Source: a virus (taxonomy: Duplodnaviria; Caudoviricetes). From it: a stretch of DNA of 36,325 nucleotides. Below the pieces are notes generated by a model. The model saw only the letters and a list, made by a program, of their open reading frames with translations. It was not told where the DNA came from and made no database searches. The translations under genes were made by a program, and so were the position numbers. The stretch is taken from the IMG/VR virus record IMGVR_UViG_3300016672_000052, positions 1 through 36,325 of that record; one strand, given 5' to 3'. Shown here piece after piece: positions 18,233 to 27,079 of this stretch (its first letter is position 1; the number at the start of each line of letters is the position of its first letter).

Positions 18233-18988
18233 ATGAAGATCTTCTATAGCGCACAAGAGAATACTTTCTTCAATGAGGTATTCCACGGTACTCGAACGGT
18301 TCTGGTACCCGATCCCGAGTGGGTGCGACCAACCGTGCCTGTTCCAGATCCCGAGTGGGCTCGGCCAACCGTGCCTGTTCCAGATCCCGAGTGGCTTCCG
18401 CCAATGATTTCAGCTCCTAATCCGGCGTGGGGTGTGGGTGAGGAATCAGAGTCTCAATCTGAGCCTGAAACTATTCAGATTCTTGATCCTGATGCTGTCC
18501 AGCCAACGATTAATGTGCCTGATCCTGATGCTGTCCAGCCAATGATTGAAGTGCCAGATGAGCAAGCCTCGGCCCCGCTCATTACCCTGCCTAACCCAGC
18601 GTGCTTGCTTCCACCCGAGTCTGAGCTTGTCGACATATCGCAGGATGAACACGACGAGATATTCCGCGTGCTGGCCCTCGGCGGCTCGGTGCTTGCGCCT
18701 GACGAGAATGGGCGACCAACAACTATCCCCGCGCCAGGCCCTACGGTGGAGGAGCTGAAAGCCCGCGAACGTGCAATCCGCGACCGAGTATTACTGCTCA
18801 CTGACCCGTTAATCTCGCGTCACCGTGACGAGGTAGAGGCCGAGCGACCAACGACCCTGACCGCCGAGCAGTACCGGCAGTTGCAGCGCTACCGGCAGGA
18901 TCTGCGCGACTGGCCCGAGTCGGAGCACTTCCCGGCACTTGAGCACAGGCCGGAACAACCAGCCTGGCTTGCCGATCAACTCGCCTAA
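18233..18988 (+). CDS. Tail fibre assembly chaperone with Pro-rich repeat insert
   Basis: Follows the fibre gene. C-terminal YRQDLRDWPE...FP...RP..P.WL motif of Tfa-type chaperones. Confidence 0.85.
   Translation: MKIFYSAQENTFFNEVFHGTRTVLVPDPEWVRPTVPVPDPEWARPTVPVPDPEWLPPMISAPNPAWGVGEESESQSEPETIQILDPDAVQPTINVPDPDAVQPMIEVPDEQASAPLITLPNPACLLPPESELVDISQDEHDEIFRVLALGGSVLAPDENGRPTTIPAPGPTVEELKARERAIRDRVLLLTDPLISRHRDEVEAERPTTLTAEQYRQLQRYRQDLRDWPESEHFPALEHRPEQPAWLADQLA
18305..18602 (+). repeat. Two blocks of 36-bp coding tandem repeats
   Basis: GATCCCGAGTGG at 18311/18347/18383 (degenerate at 18419). GATCCTGATGCTGTCCAGCCA at 18485/18521 (degenerate at 18557/18593). Confidence 0.9.
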
Positions 18989-19000
18989 CCAACTCGCACC

Positions 19001-19019
19001 TGTACCGCCCTCTCCTACA
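19001..19019 (+). promoter_or_regulatory. Ogr-type late activator site (pF)
   Basis: TGTA-N11-TACA followed by a GCGCGCGCG tract upstream of the sheath gene. Confidence 0.7.
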
Positions 19020-19096
19020 ACCCAGCGCGCTCGCCCAACCGGCGCGCGCGCGGCAGCCTGTGCACTGTCATTCCATCACAGCGCAGGCAACCACCC

Positions 19097-20272
19097 ATGG
19101 CCGGTTCAGACTATCTCCACGGCGTGCGGGTTCTCGAACTCAACGACGGCACCCGCCCCATTCGCACCATCGCAACCGCAGTCATCGGCCTGGTTTGTAC
19201 GGCTGAAGATGCGGACCCGCTCGCCTTTCCTCTGGACACACCTGTCCTGCTGACCAACGTGCAAAGCGCCATCGCCAAAGCCGGCGTGAAAGGCACCCTG
19301 GCGTCCAGCCTGCAAGCCATCGCGGACCAGACCAAGCCCTACACCATCGTGGTGCGGGTGAAGGAAGGCGCAGACGCAGCCGCTACCACCACCGCGCTGA
19401 TCGGCACCACCACCGCCGACGGCAAATACACCGGCATGAAAGCCCTGCTAGCTGCCAAGGCCCGTGTGGGCATGACGCCGCGCATTCTTGGTGTGCCAGG
19501 TCTCGACAGTCAGCCGGTGGCCACCGCCCTGGTTTCGATCGCCCAAGACCTGCGCGCCTTCGCCTACGTCAGTGCGTGGGACTGCAAAACCAAGGAAGAG
19601 GTGGTCGCCTACCGCGAAAACTTCGGTGCCCGTGAGGTTATGGTGATCTGGCCGGAGTTCCAGAATTGGGACACGGTCACCAGCGCGACCGTTACCGCGT
19701 CGGCGGTGGCCCGAGCCCTGGGCCTGCGGGCGAAGATCGATAAGGAAACCGGCTGGCACAAGACCCTGTCCAACGTCGCGGTCAACGGCGTGACCGGCAT
19801 CAGCGCCGACGTGTTCTGGGATCTACAAAACCCGGCGACCGACGCCAACTACCTCAACAGTAACGAGGTCACCACCCTGATCAACGAGGGGGGCTTCCGC
19901 TTCTGGGGTAGCCGTACGTGCAGCGAGGATCCTCTGTTCGCGTTCGAAAACTACACCCGCACAGCGCAGATCATCGCCGACACCATGGCTGAGGCGCACA
20001 TGTGGGCAATGGACAAGCCGATGCATGCGTCCCTGGTCAAAGACATCATTAATGGGATCAACGCCAAGTTCCGCGAGCTGGTTACCCAGGGCTACCTCAT
20101 CGGCGGTGAATGCTGGTATCCGGAAGATATCAACGACAAGGACACCCTCAAGGCCGGCAAGCTGACCCTCGATTACGACTACACCCCCGTGCCGCCCCTG
20201 GAAGACCTCACCCTGCGTCAGCGCATCACTGACCGCTACCTGATGCAGTTCGCCGCCGCCGTCAACGCTTAA
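19097..20272 (+). CDS. FI: Tail sheath protein (FI)
   Basis: YLHGVRV, GWHKTLSN and GFRFWGSRT motifs. Confidence 0.97.
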   Translation: MAGSDYLHGVRVLELNDGTRPIRTIATAVIGLVCTAEDADPLAFPLDTPVLLTNVQSAIAKAGVKGTLASSLQAIADQTKPYTIVVRVKEGADAAATTTALIGTTTADGKYTGMKALLAAKARVGMTPRILGVPGLDSQPVATALVSIAQDLRAFAYVSAWDCKTKEEVVAYRENFGAREVMVIWPEFQNWDTVTSATVTASAVARALGLRAKIDKETGWHKTLSNVAVNGVTGISADVFWDLQNPATDANYLNSNEVTTLINEGGFRFWGSRTCSEDPLFAFENYTRTAQIIADTMAEAHMWAMDKPMHASLVKDIINGINAKFRELVTQGYLIGGECWYPEDINDKDTLKAGKLTLDYDYTPVPPLEDLTLRQRITDRYLMQFAAAVNA

Positions 20273-20329
20273 ACCGGGCCTCCCCGCGAGGGGAGTTAAC
20301 CCCGTGCCATAACTCCGGAGATTCCCGCC

Positions 20330-20845
20330 ATGGCCATGCCTCACAAACTGAAAAACATGAACCTGTTCAACGACGGCGGCAGCTACCAGGGCAAAGTCAA
20401 GACCGTCACCCTGCCCGCCTTGGGCCGCAAAATGGAAGCTTGGCGCGCCGCCGGCATGAATGGCCCGGTCAAGGCTGACCTGGGTATGTCCGATGACGGT
20501 ATCCAGATGGAATGGAAACTGGGTGGCCTGGACCTGATCGTGCTCAAGCAGTTCGGCGCGGTCAACGCAGCGGGGATTGCCCTGCGCTTCGCCGGTGCTT
20601 TCCAACAGGACGACACTGGTGAAATCAGCGCCGTCGAGGTGATTGTTCGCGGACGTCACGAAACCATTGAAATGGGTGACGCCACACCTGGTGAAGACAC
20701 CGAGCACTCCATCACCACCACCTGCAGCTACTACAAGCTAACCGTCGATAACGAAGACATCATCGAAATCGACCTGCTCAACTTCATTGAGAAGGTCGGC
20801 GGCGTCGACATGCTGGAGAAACAGCGTAGCGCTATCGGCCTTTGA
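20330..20845 (+). CDS. FII: Major tail tube protein (FII)
   Basis: P.KLK.MNLF.DG, YYKL and EIDLLN motifs. Confidence 0.96.
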   Translation: MAMPHKLKNMNLFNDGGSYQGKVKTVTLPALGRKMEAWRAAGMNGPVKADLGMSDDGIQMEWKLGGLDLIVLKQFGAVNAAGIALRFAGAFQQDDTGEISAVEVIVRGRHETIEMGDATPGEDTEHSITTTCSYYKLTVDNEDIIEIDLLNFIEKVGGVDMLEKQRSAIGL

Positions 20846-20896
20846 GCCCCGTCCTCGATCGATAACTAAGAACCCCCAGCACTAGGAGCTCTACCC

Positions 20897-21229
20897 ATGA
20901 AAGACGAAGCCATCGAACAACCCGACGTTAAGCCGGTCGACGACAACACCGTCATCCTCGACACGCCGATCCGCCGGGGCGTCACCACCATCGAAAGCAT
21001 CACGCTTCGCAAACCCAACTCGGGCGAACTGCGTGGCGTGAGCTTGTCTGAGCTGTTGCAGATGGACGTCAACAGCCTGGTAAAGGTGGTGCCGCGCATT
21101 AGCAGCCCCACCCTCACCTCAGTCGAAGTTACGTCGATGGACCCGGCAGACCTGTTCGCACTCGGCACCAAGGTGTCTGGTTTTTTGCTACAGAAATCGA
21201 TGAAGACGGACGCATCCCTCGTTGCGTAG
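20897..21229 (+). CDS. E: Tail assembly chaperone (gpE)
   Basis: LDTPIRRG...LRKP..GELRG. Position before the tape measure gene. Confidence 0.93.
   Translation: MKDEAIEQPDVKPVDDNTVILDTPIRRGVTTIESITLRKPNSGELRGVSLSELLQMDVNSLVKVVPRISSPTLTSVEVTSMDPADLFALGTKVSGFLLQKSMKTDASLVA
21181..21187 (+). other. Programmed -1 frameshift site TTTTTTG (E/E')
   Basis: The -1 frame stays open from 21181 into the 21238-21357 ORF. Same T6G site as P2 E+E'. Confidence 0.88.
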
Positions 21230-21237
21230 AGGACGCC

Positions 21238-21357
21238 ATGGCCGATCTGGCCGTGGTCTTTCACTGGGCACCGGCTGATATGGATCAGTTGGGCCTCAAG
21301 GAACTGATGGAATGGCGCGAGCGCGCCAGGGTGCGGAGCTCCACCGATGGCAAATGA
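21238..21357 (+). CDS. E': gpE' extension (MADLAVVFHWAP...), expressed as E+E' fusion
   Basis: 39-aa ORF absent from the ORF track. FHW.P...L.ELM.WR motif. Confidence 0.88.
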   Translation: MADLAVVFHWAPADMDQLGLKELMEWRERARVRSSTDGK

Positions 21358-24022
21358 TCTGAGACTTCAGGTGCTGCTCAGTACCATCGACAAGGCTACC
21401 CGACCGCTGAAGCACATCAGCGAAGGGGGTATCGAGACAGCTCGTGCCCTCAAGGCCGCTCGCGACCGCCTGAAGGAACTCACCTCCCAACAAAAAGACG
21501 TCAGTGCCTGGAGGGCTCAGCGTGCGGCTGCTGAGCAAACCGGCGCGTCTCTCACTGCCGCACGGGATCGCGTCAAATCCCTCAGTCAAGAACTCGCCGC
21601 TACCGATACCCCGACCAGAGCAATGACCCGCAGCTTCCAGGCAGCGGTGCGCGAGGCCACTCGGCTCAAGCAGCAGCACCAACAGCAGAGCGAGCAACTG
21701 CAGGGCCTACGATCGAAACTTTACGACGCCGGCATCAGCACCAAAAACCTTGGCACCCACGAGCGCCAGCTGCGCGAGCAAATCAACGCCACCAATGCCA
21801 GCATCAGCACGCAAGGCAAGCGCATGGCCGAGCTGAGCGCCCAGCATAAGCGCGCGGCGGCAGCCAGAAGTCAGATGGAAAAATCCCAACGCGCCGCCGG
21901 CAACCTCGCTGTAAACGGCGCCGCCGGCCTGGGTGTTGGTTACGCAGCCAGCCGCCCCATTGCAGCAGCAGTGAAAGCCTTTGCGCCCAATGAGGACTCC
22001 GCCACACAGCTCAAGGTGTCGATGATGGACGACACCGGCAAGGTAGCCGAAGACTTCCAGAAGATTACGAACCTGGCCACAAAGCTGGGTGACCGTTTGC
22101 CAGGTACAACGGCCGACTTCCAGGAAATGATGACCATGCTGAGGCGCCAGGGCCTCAGTGCACAAAGCATTCTCGGTGGTACGGGTGAGGCAGCCGCGTA
22201 CTTGGGCGTACAGCTAAAAATGCCGGTGGCCGAGGCCGCTGAGTTTGCGGCAAAAATGCAGGACGCTACCCGCACCTCCGAGAAAGACATGATGTCGCTG
22301 ATGGACACCATCCAGCGAGGTTTCTACGCCGGTGTCGACCCGACAAACATGCTCCAGGGCTTCAGCAAGATCGCGCCCGTGATGGACACCATCAAAAAAT
22401 CGGGCATCGACGCCGCCGCTGAACTGGCACCGCTGCTGGTCATGATGGATCAAGCAGGCATGGAAGGCGGCGCCGCCGGCAACGCCTACCGGAAGATCTT
22501 TCAGGCGGGCCTGGACAAGGACGGAGTTAAGGACGTCAACGAGATCATGGCGCTGGAGGGAAAGTCCATCCGCTTCAAGTTCACCGATGACAAGGGCAAC
22601 TTCGCCGGCCTGGAAAACCTGTTCGCCCAGGTCGAAAAGCTCAAGACCCTGAACGACGAAGATCGCACCGCCACCATCAAGGCTCTGTTCGGTGATGATT
22701 CCGAAACAATGACCACCTTGAACACCATGATGAACAAGGGGCTGGATGGGTATAAAGAGGTACAGCAGAAGCTGCAAACCCAGGCCGATCTGCGTACTCG
22801 CGTCAACGAACAACTCAGTACCCTCACCAACGTCATGGAAGCCGCAGAAGGCAGTTTCACCAACGCCATGGCTGAGTTCGGTGCAGCGGTAGCGCCGGAA
22901 CTCAAGGATCTGATCAACACACTGGGCGAGATCGCCAACAGCGTCGGCACCTGGGCCAGGGAGAATCCAAAGTTGGCCGGTGGCCTGGTGAAGGTCGTGG
23001 CCGCGATTGCTGCGCTGGCATTCGTTTTCGGCGGCTTGGCGTTGACCATGGCGAGCATGCTGGGACCGTTCGCGGTACTGCGCTACGGGATGGCAATGTT
23101 CGGCCTTCAGGGTGGTGGTATCACCAGTATGCTGGGCCGTTTAATGCCCACACTGACCGGACTGGCTCGTAACGTTTTCCCAATGTTTGCCCAGGGTGTT
23201 CGCATGCTCGCCATGACAATGGGCGGCGCGCTGGTCACTGCTCTGCGTACCGTAAGCATTGCACTGTGGGGGCTGTCCGCGAACCCGATTGTCTTGATCA
23301 TTGCAGCTGTCGTAGCCGCACTGGCCGCCGGTGCCTACCTGATCTACAGAAACTGGGACGCGGTGAAGAGTTACTTCACCAACGCCTGGACAGAGATCAA
23401 GGCAGGTTTCGACGGGGGTATCGGCGGCATCATCACCACCATGGTCAATTTCAGCCCGCTCGGCCTTGTGTACCAGGCGTTTGCGGGTGTGCTGAGTTAT
23501 CTGGGCATCGAACTGCCCAGCCGCTTCACTGAGTTCGGCAACATGATCGTCAACGGCCTGGTGAATGGTTTGATGGCAGGTCTCGGCAGCGTCAAAACGG
23601 CCATCGGCTCAATCGGCGACGCCAGCATCGGTTGGTTCAAGGAAAAACTCGGTATCCACAGCCCGTCGCGGGTGTTCTCGGAGTTGGGTGGTTTCACCAT
23701 GGCCGGCCTCACCCAAGGCCTGGAAGTTGGACAGAAAGGCCCGCTTGACGCCCTGAGCAGCATGACAAAGCAGATGACAGCGGCAGGCACCTTAGCCCTC
23801 GGCGCCACGGCCATGCCGGCGTTTGCCGTGGACAACACGCCGCCAATCAGCAGCTCGCCTTCAGCAGCGGTTTACGACAGCCACGACACCTACGAAATCA
23901 GCATCACAGCAGGCCCTGGCACCGACATGCAAAGCCTGGAAAAGAGCGTGCGCGCCATGATGACCCGCATCGAAAACGAAAAGAAAGCGCGTCAGCGCAG
24001 CAAACTCTCGGACCTGGATTAA
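21347..24022 (+). CDS. T: Tail tape measure protein (gpT)
   Basis: 891 aa, helical and Ala-rich. Y.NWD and LGIHSPSRVF motifs. Confidence 0.96.
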   Translation: MANDLRLQVLLSTIDKATRPLKHISEGGIETARALKAARDRLKELTSQQKDVSAWRAQRAAAEQTGASLTAARDRVKSLSQELAATDTPTRAMTRSFQAAVREATRLKQQHQQQSEQLQGLRSKLYDAGISTKNLGTHERQLREQINATNASISTQGKRMAELSAQHKRAAAARSQMEKSQRAAGNLAVNGAAGLGVGYAASRPIAAAVKAFAPNEDSATQLKVSMMDDTGKVAEDFQKITNLATKLGDRLPGTTADFQEMMTMLRRQGLSAQSILGGTGEAAAYLGVQLKMPVAEAAEFAAKMQDATRTSEKDMMSLMDTIQRGFYAGVDPTNMLQGFSKIAPVMDTIKKSGIDAAAELAPLLVMMDQAGMEGGAAGNAYRKIFQAGLDKDGVKDVNEIMALEGKSIRFKFTDDKGNFAGLENLFAQVEKLKTLNDEDRTATIKALFGDDSETMTTLNTMMNKGLDGYKEVQQKLQTQADLRTRVNEQLSTLTNVMEAAEGSFTNAMAEFGAAVAPELKDLINTLGEIANSVGTWARENPKLAGGLVKVVAAIAALAFVFGGLALTMASMLGPFAVLRYGMAMFGLQGGGITSMLGRLMPTLTGLARNVFPMFAQGVRMLAMTMGGALVTALRTVSIALWGLSANPIVLIIAAVVAALAAGAYLIYRNWDAVKSYFTNAWTEIKAGFDGGIGGIITTMVNFSPLGLVYQAFAGVLSYLGIELPSRFTEFGNMIVNGLVNGLMAGLGSVKTAIGSIGDASIGWFKEKLGIHSPSRVFSELGGFTMAGLTQGLEVGQKGPLDALSSMTKQMTAAGTLALGATAMPAFAVDNTPPISSSPSAAVYDSHDTYEISITAGPGTDMQSLEKSVRAMMTRIENEKKARQRSKLSDLD

Positions 24023-24027
24023 CCACC

Positions 24028-24468
24028 ATGATGATGGCCCTCGGCATGTTCGTGTTCAGCCTGCACACCGCTGCCTACCAGGAGCTGCAGCGCCAAACGG
24101 ATTGGCGCCATGCCAGCAACAATCGAATCGGCGCGGCGCCCGCGCGGCAGTTTGTAGGCCGTGGCGACGACGCCATCACCCTCCCCGGCATCATCTTCCC
24201 CGAGCTGGCCGGTACCGCCCTCAGCCTCGACGCCATCCGTTTAATGGCAAACACTGGCAAGGCCTGGCCCATGGTCGAGGGCACCGGACGGATCTACGGC
24301 CTGTGGGTGATCGAGAGCCTGAGCGAAACCAAGACCCTCTTTTTCAGCGACGGCACTCCACGGCGTATTGAATTCACCCTGAACCTCAAGCGCATCGACG
24401 ACGACCGCATCGACCTGCTCGGCGCCGCTACCAGCATCGGCGTCAACATCCTGCGGGGCCTGCTGTGA
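24028..24468 (+). CDS. U: Tail protein (gpU)
   Basis: MMALGMFVF, QFVG.G and G.IYG.WVI motifs. Confidence 0.95.
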   Translation: MMMALGMFVFSLHTAAYQELQRQTDWRHASNNRIGAAPARQFVGRGDDAITLPGIIFPELAGTALSLDAIRLMANTGKAWPMVEGTGRIYGLWVIESLSETKTLFFSDGTPRRIEFTLNLKRIDDDRIDLLGAATSIGVNILRGLL

Positions 24469-25733
24469 TCGAGTCCGTCATATCCAAGGTCACCGGTTAC
24501 CTGCGCAACACAGCCGAGCGATATGTGCGCGATGCAGCGTACCCGGTGCCGGCGTTCCGGCTCACCGTCGACGGGCTGGACATTGCCCAACTGATCAGCC
24601 CGCGGCTAATGAGCCTGGAGCTCACCGACAACCGCGGCGTCGAAGCTGATCAACTCAGCATCACTCTGAGCGACCACGACGGACTGCTGTCGATCCCGCC
24701 CAAAGGCGCGGTACTGCGGTTATGGCTGGGCTGGAGCGACACCGGCCTGGTGGACAAAGGCACCTACACCGTCGACGAAACCGAACACAGTGGCGCGCCG
24801 GACGTACTCAGCATCCGCGCTCGATCGGCAGATCTACGCAAGGGCCTCAAAATCAAACGCGAGCGCAGCTGGAGCAACACCACGCTCGGCGACGTCCTGG
24901 GCGATATCGCCATCGGCAACGGCCTCACCGCCACCATTGCCGGAGCGCTGGAAGGCTTGTCCATCCTGCAGCTAGACCAGGCAAACGAATCCGACGCCAA
25001 TTTGATTAGCCGCCTGGCGGAAGAATTCGACGCGGTGGCCAGCGTCAAAGCCGGCTGCCTGCTGTGCCTTCCAGCGGGCGGCGGCAAAACCGCCAGCGGC
25101 ATGGATCTGCCACACATCACCCTCACCCGCGCCGACGGCGACCAGCACCGCTACCTACAAGCCGACCGTGACAGTTACGACGGCGTGCGTGCCTATTACT
25201 ACGACGTGAACAGCGCCAAGAAACAGGAAGCCATTGCCGGCGGCGGCGACAATCTCAAAGACCTGCGCCACACCTACAGCGACCAGCAGTCAGCCCTGCG
25301 CGCTGCCCGTGCAGAGTTCCGGCGCCTGCAACGTGGTAGCGCCACGCTTAGCTACAACCTGGCGATGGGCCGGCCGGATCTGATCCCGGAGCTGACCTAC
25401 ACACTCCAAGGCGTGAAAGAGGAAATCGACGAGATCATCTGGTACGGCGGGAATGTGCAGCACAGCCTGAGTGCGGATGGTGGCTACACCGTCAGCCTGG
25501 AACTGGAGAGCAAGCTGCCGGAGGACAACGTTGAGGATCTGGCGGAGGAGAACAAGGGGGATTACACGGGGATCATCGCGTACTACCGCGACAAGAAAAC
25601 CGGGAAGGAAAAGACGATTACTGCGGGGGATCAGGCAAAGCCGAGGCGGTTGCGGTGGTTGTATGCCAGTGAAAGGACGGCTAAGCGGGCGGTGGATCGG
25701 GAGTGGAAGAAAATGCAGATGGCAGCAACATGA
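24465..25733 (+). CDS. D: Late control / baseplate hub protein (gpD)
   Basis: LTDNRG.EADQL and DQ.NESD motifs. GTG start coupled to U. Confidence 0.94.
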   Translation: MIESVISKVTGYLRNTAERYVRDAAYPVPAFRLTVDGLDIAQLISPRLMSLELTDNRGVEADQLSITLSDHDGLLSIPPKGAVLRLWLGWSDTGLVDKGTYTVDETEHSGAPDVLSIRARSADLRKGLKIKRERSWSNTTLGDVLGDIAIGNGLTATIAGALEGLSILQLDQANESDANLISRLAEEFDAVASVKAGCLLCLPAGGGKTASGMDLPHITLTRADGDQHRYLQADRDSYDGVRAYYYDVNSAKKQEAIAGGGDNLKDLRHTYSDQQSALRAARAEFRRLQRGSATLSYNLAMGRPDLIPELTYTLQGVKEEIDEIIWYGGNVQHSLSADGGYTVSLELESKLPEDNVEDLAEENKGDYTGIIAYYRDKKTGKEKTITAGDQAKPRRLRWLYASERTAKRAVDREWKKMQMAAT

Positions 25734-25749
25734 GAGTTCAAGCGACCCT

Positions 25750-25773
25750 AAAAAACCCGGCATTAGCCGGGTT
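25750..25773 (-). terminator. Intrinsic terminator between convergent late and immunity operons
   Basis: AACCCGGC-ATTA-GCCGGGTT stem with an A-run on the left (U-tail on the minus strand). Confidence 0.75.
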
Positions 25774-25779
25774 CCTCAT

Positions 25780-25941
25780 TCACTTCGCGTGCAACAGAAC
25801 ATCAATGAACCGCAGAATGTCCTTTTGCTGCTCCTGATCAAGTTGCCTGAACATCTGCAAAACCAACCTTTCGCGATGATTCAATTTCTCAAACTCAACG
25901 CTCTCGGCCTGCTTGGCTTGCATATCGTTACTCGCGGACAT
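25780..25941 (-). CDS. Hypothetical 53-aa helical protein (not in ORF track)
   Basis: MSASNDMQAKQAESVEFEKLNHRERLVLQMFRQLDQEQQKDILRFIDVLLHAK. GAAGGGAG RBS and a terminator directly downstream. Confidence 0.75.
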   Translation of the reverse strand: MSASNDMQAKQAESVEFEKLNHRERLVLQMFRQLDQEQQKDILRFIDVLLHAK

Positions 25942-26072
25942 GTGTCACTCCCTTCAACACCTCCAGGTGCCCGGCACCAACCTAGGTGCCAACCAAAGCA
26001 CCCTGAGGGGCGAGGGATTGTCAGCGTGTGTAGATGTGCCACCAGCCTACGTAAAAACTTTCAGAAAATGGA

Positions 26073-26420
26073 TCAAGGCTTCGAGCATAAATCCTGCGCG
26101 AGTGCGACGAAGTCGCTGTAGTCCATCTTTATCGACGGAATGGTCGGGGATGGCTTTGTTATGTCCTGACCGTCTGCCCAGCCACGACTTTTAGCCTCGC
26201 TTCGGGCACTTCCACTTAACGCATAAACAGTGCCGTCGGCGGCTCGTGCCAGCGCTTTAGGTGAAGGGCCATCACACATTAGATCGACGCTATCGACCGT
26301 GAAAGGCCAGGCATCCCCGAAATCTTTACTCGATACGGTCTGGACCTTTTCGTCGGCATCACACCCCGCGAGCGCTGACAGCAATATGATCAGCGCAGCA
26401 ACCTTGTTTCCTTGGCTCAA
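26073..26420 (-). CDS. YebY/DUF2511-like lipoprotein
   Basis: TTG start after AAGGAG. Lipobox LAGC. TVS..DFG..WPFT...V.L.C...Y.L.G.A pattern and terminal LC. Confidence 0.7.
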   Translation of the reverse strand: MSQGNKVAALIILLSALAGCDADEKVQTVSSKDFGDAWPFTVDSVDLMCDGPSPKALARAADGTVYALSGSARSEAKSRGWADGQDITKPSPTIPSIKMDYSDFVALAQDLCSKP

Positions 26421-26430
26421 ATGTAGCTCC

Positions 26431-26754
26431 TTATTTTTTTTGGCTGAACGCACGTAGAAGCCTTTTCACTGCTCCCTTGTCATCCTCATCCAACGTCCTA
26501 ACGTGCTCGACCATCTCGACTTCATCAGGTGACAACGTTGGCTCTGCTACTGGCACGCGTTGGCCGATGACCACGTAAAGGATGTCCACGCCTTTCTCCG
26601 ACACAGCTGCGAGATACGCTGCATCAGGGCTTCTATCACCCTTTTCGTAGTTGAACTGAGAGGTCTTGGCAACGCCCGCAATTGCGGCGAAATCCGCTTG
26701 GTTGAAACCCAAACGGACACGCTCCTCCCTCAGCCTTTCACCAATATTCAACAA
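26431..26754 (-). CDS. Immunity repressor, XRE-family HTH
   Basis: IGERLREER.RLG.NQ..FA...GV......YEKG.R.P. Divergent from the early operon. No S24 peptidase domain. Confidence 0.9.
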   Translation of the reverse strand: MLNIGERLREERVRLGFNQADFAAIAGVAKTSQFNYEKGDRSPDAAYLAAVSEKGVDILYVVIGQRVPVAEPTLSPDEVEMVEHVRTLDEDDKGAVKRLLRAFSQKK

Positions 26755-26771
26755 AACGACCCCTTATTGAG

Positions 26772-26800
26772 TTGACTATTCAACGCTCGTTGAATATTCT
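26772..26800 (+). promoter_or_regulatory. Early lytic promoter with repressor operator
   Basis: TTGACT-N17-TATTCT, overlapped by the palindrome TATTCAACG-CT-CGTTGAATA (26777-26796). Extra half-site TATTCAAC at 26745-26752. Confidence 0.8.
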
Positions 26801-26811
26801 CCCCATGTCAT

Positions 26812-26830
26812 CACACGAAACCACACGAAA
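26812..26830 (+). repeat. CACACGAAA direct repeat (10-bp period), possible Cox/Ner-type binding site
   Basis: Copies at 26812-26820 and 26822-26830. Confidence 0.5.
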
Positions 26831-26837
26831 CGAGACT

Positions 26838-27050
26838 ATGCCGAACGCATCCCCCATCGAGCAAGCATGCCAACAGGCCCGTGATCGTCTCGCACGTCTC
26901 GGGATTACGGCCAAAGACTGGGCTAAAGAAAATGAATTCAACCCATCGACGGTCTACGCGGTTTTGAACGGACAGAAGAAATGCCTGCGTGGAGAAGCTC
27001 ACCGCGCGGCCGTACTGCTCGGAATCAAAGACGGCGTGATTACAAACTAG
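26838..27050 (+). CDS. Small DNA-binding protein (Cro/Ner-like, BcepMu gp16 type)
   Basis: G.T..DWA......STVYAVLNG......RGEAH.AAV.LGIK. First early gene. Confidence 0.85.
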   Translation: MPNASPIEQACQQARDRLARLGITAKDWAKENEFNPSTVYAVLNGQKKCLRGEAHRAAVLLGIKDGVITN

Positions 27051-27079
27051 GGCCTCTGGCTCCAAGGGGAAACCAGAAG

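Noticed and set aside
18305-18602. Possible CRISPR array or DGR template/variable repeats
   Set aside because: In-frame 36-bp coding repeats without unique spacers. No cas or reverse transcriptase genes, and no adenine-specific variation.
20280-20295. CTCCCC-GCGA-GGGGAG hairpin between sheath and tube as a terminator
   Set aside because: No U-tract and lies inside an operon. At most an mRNA stability element.
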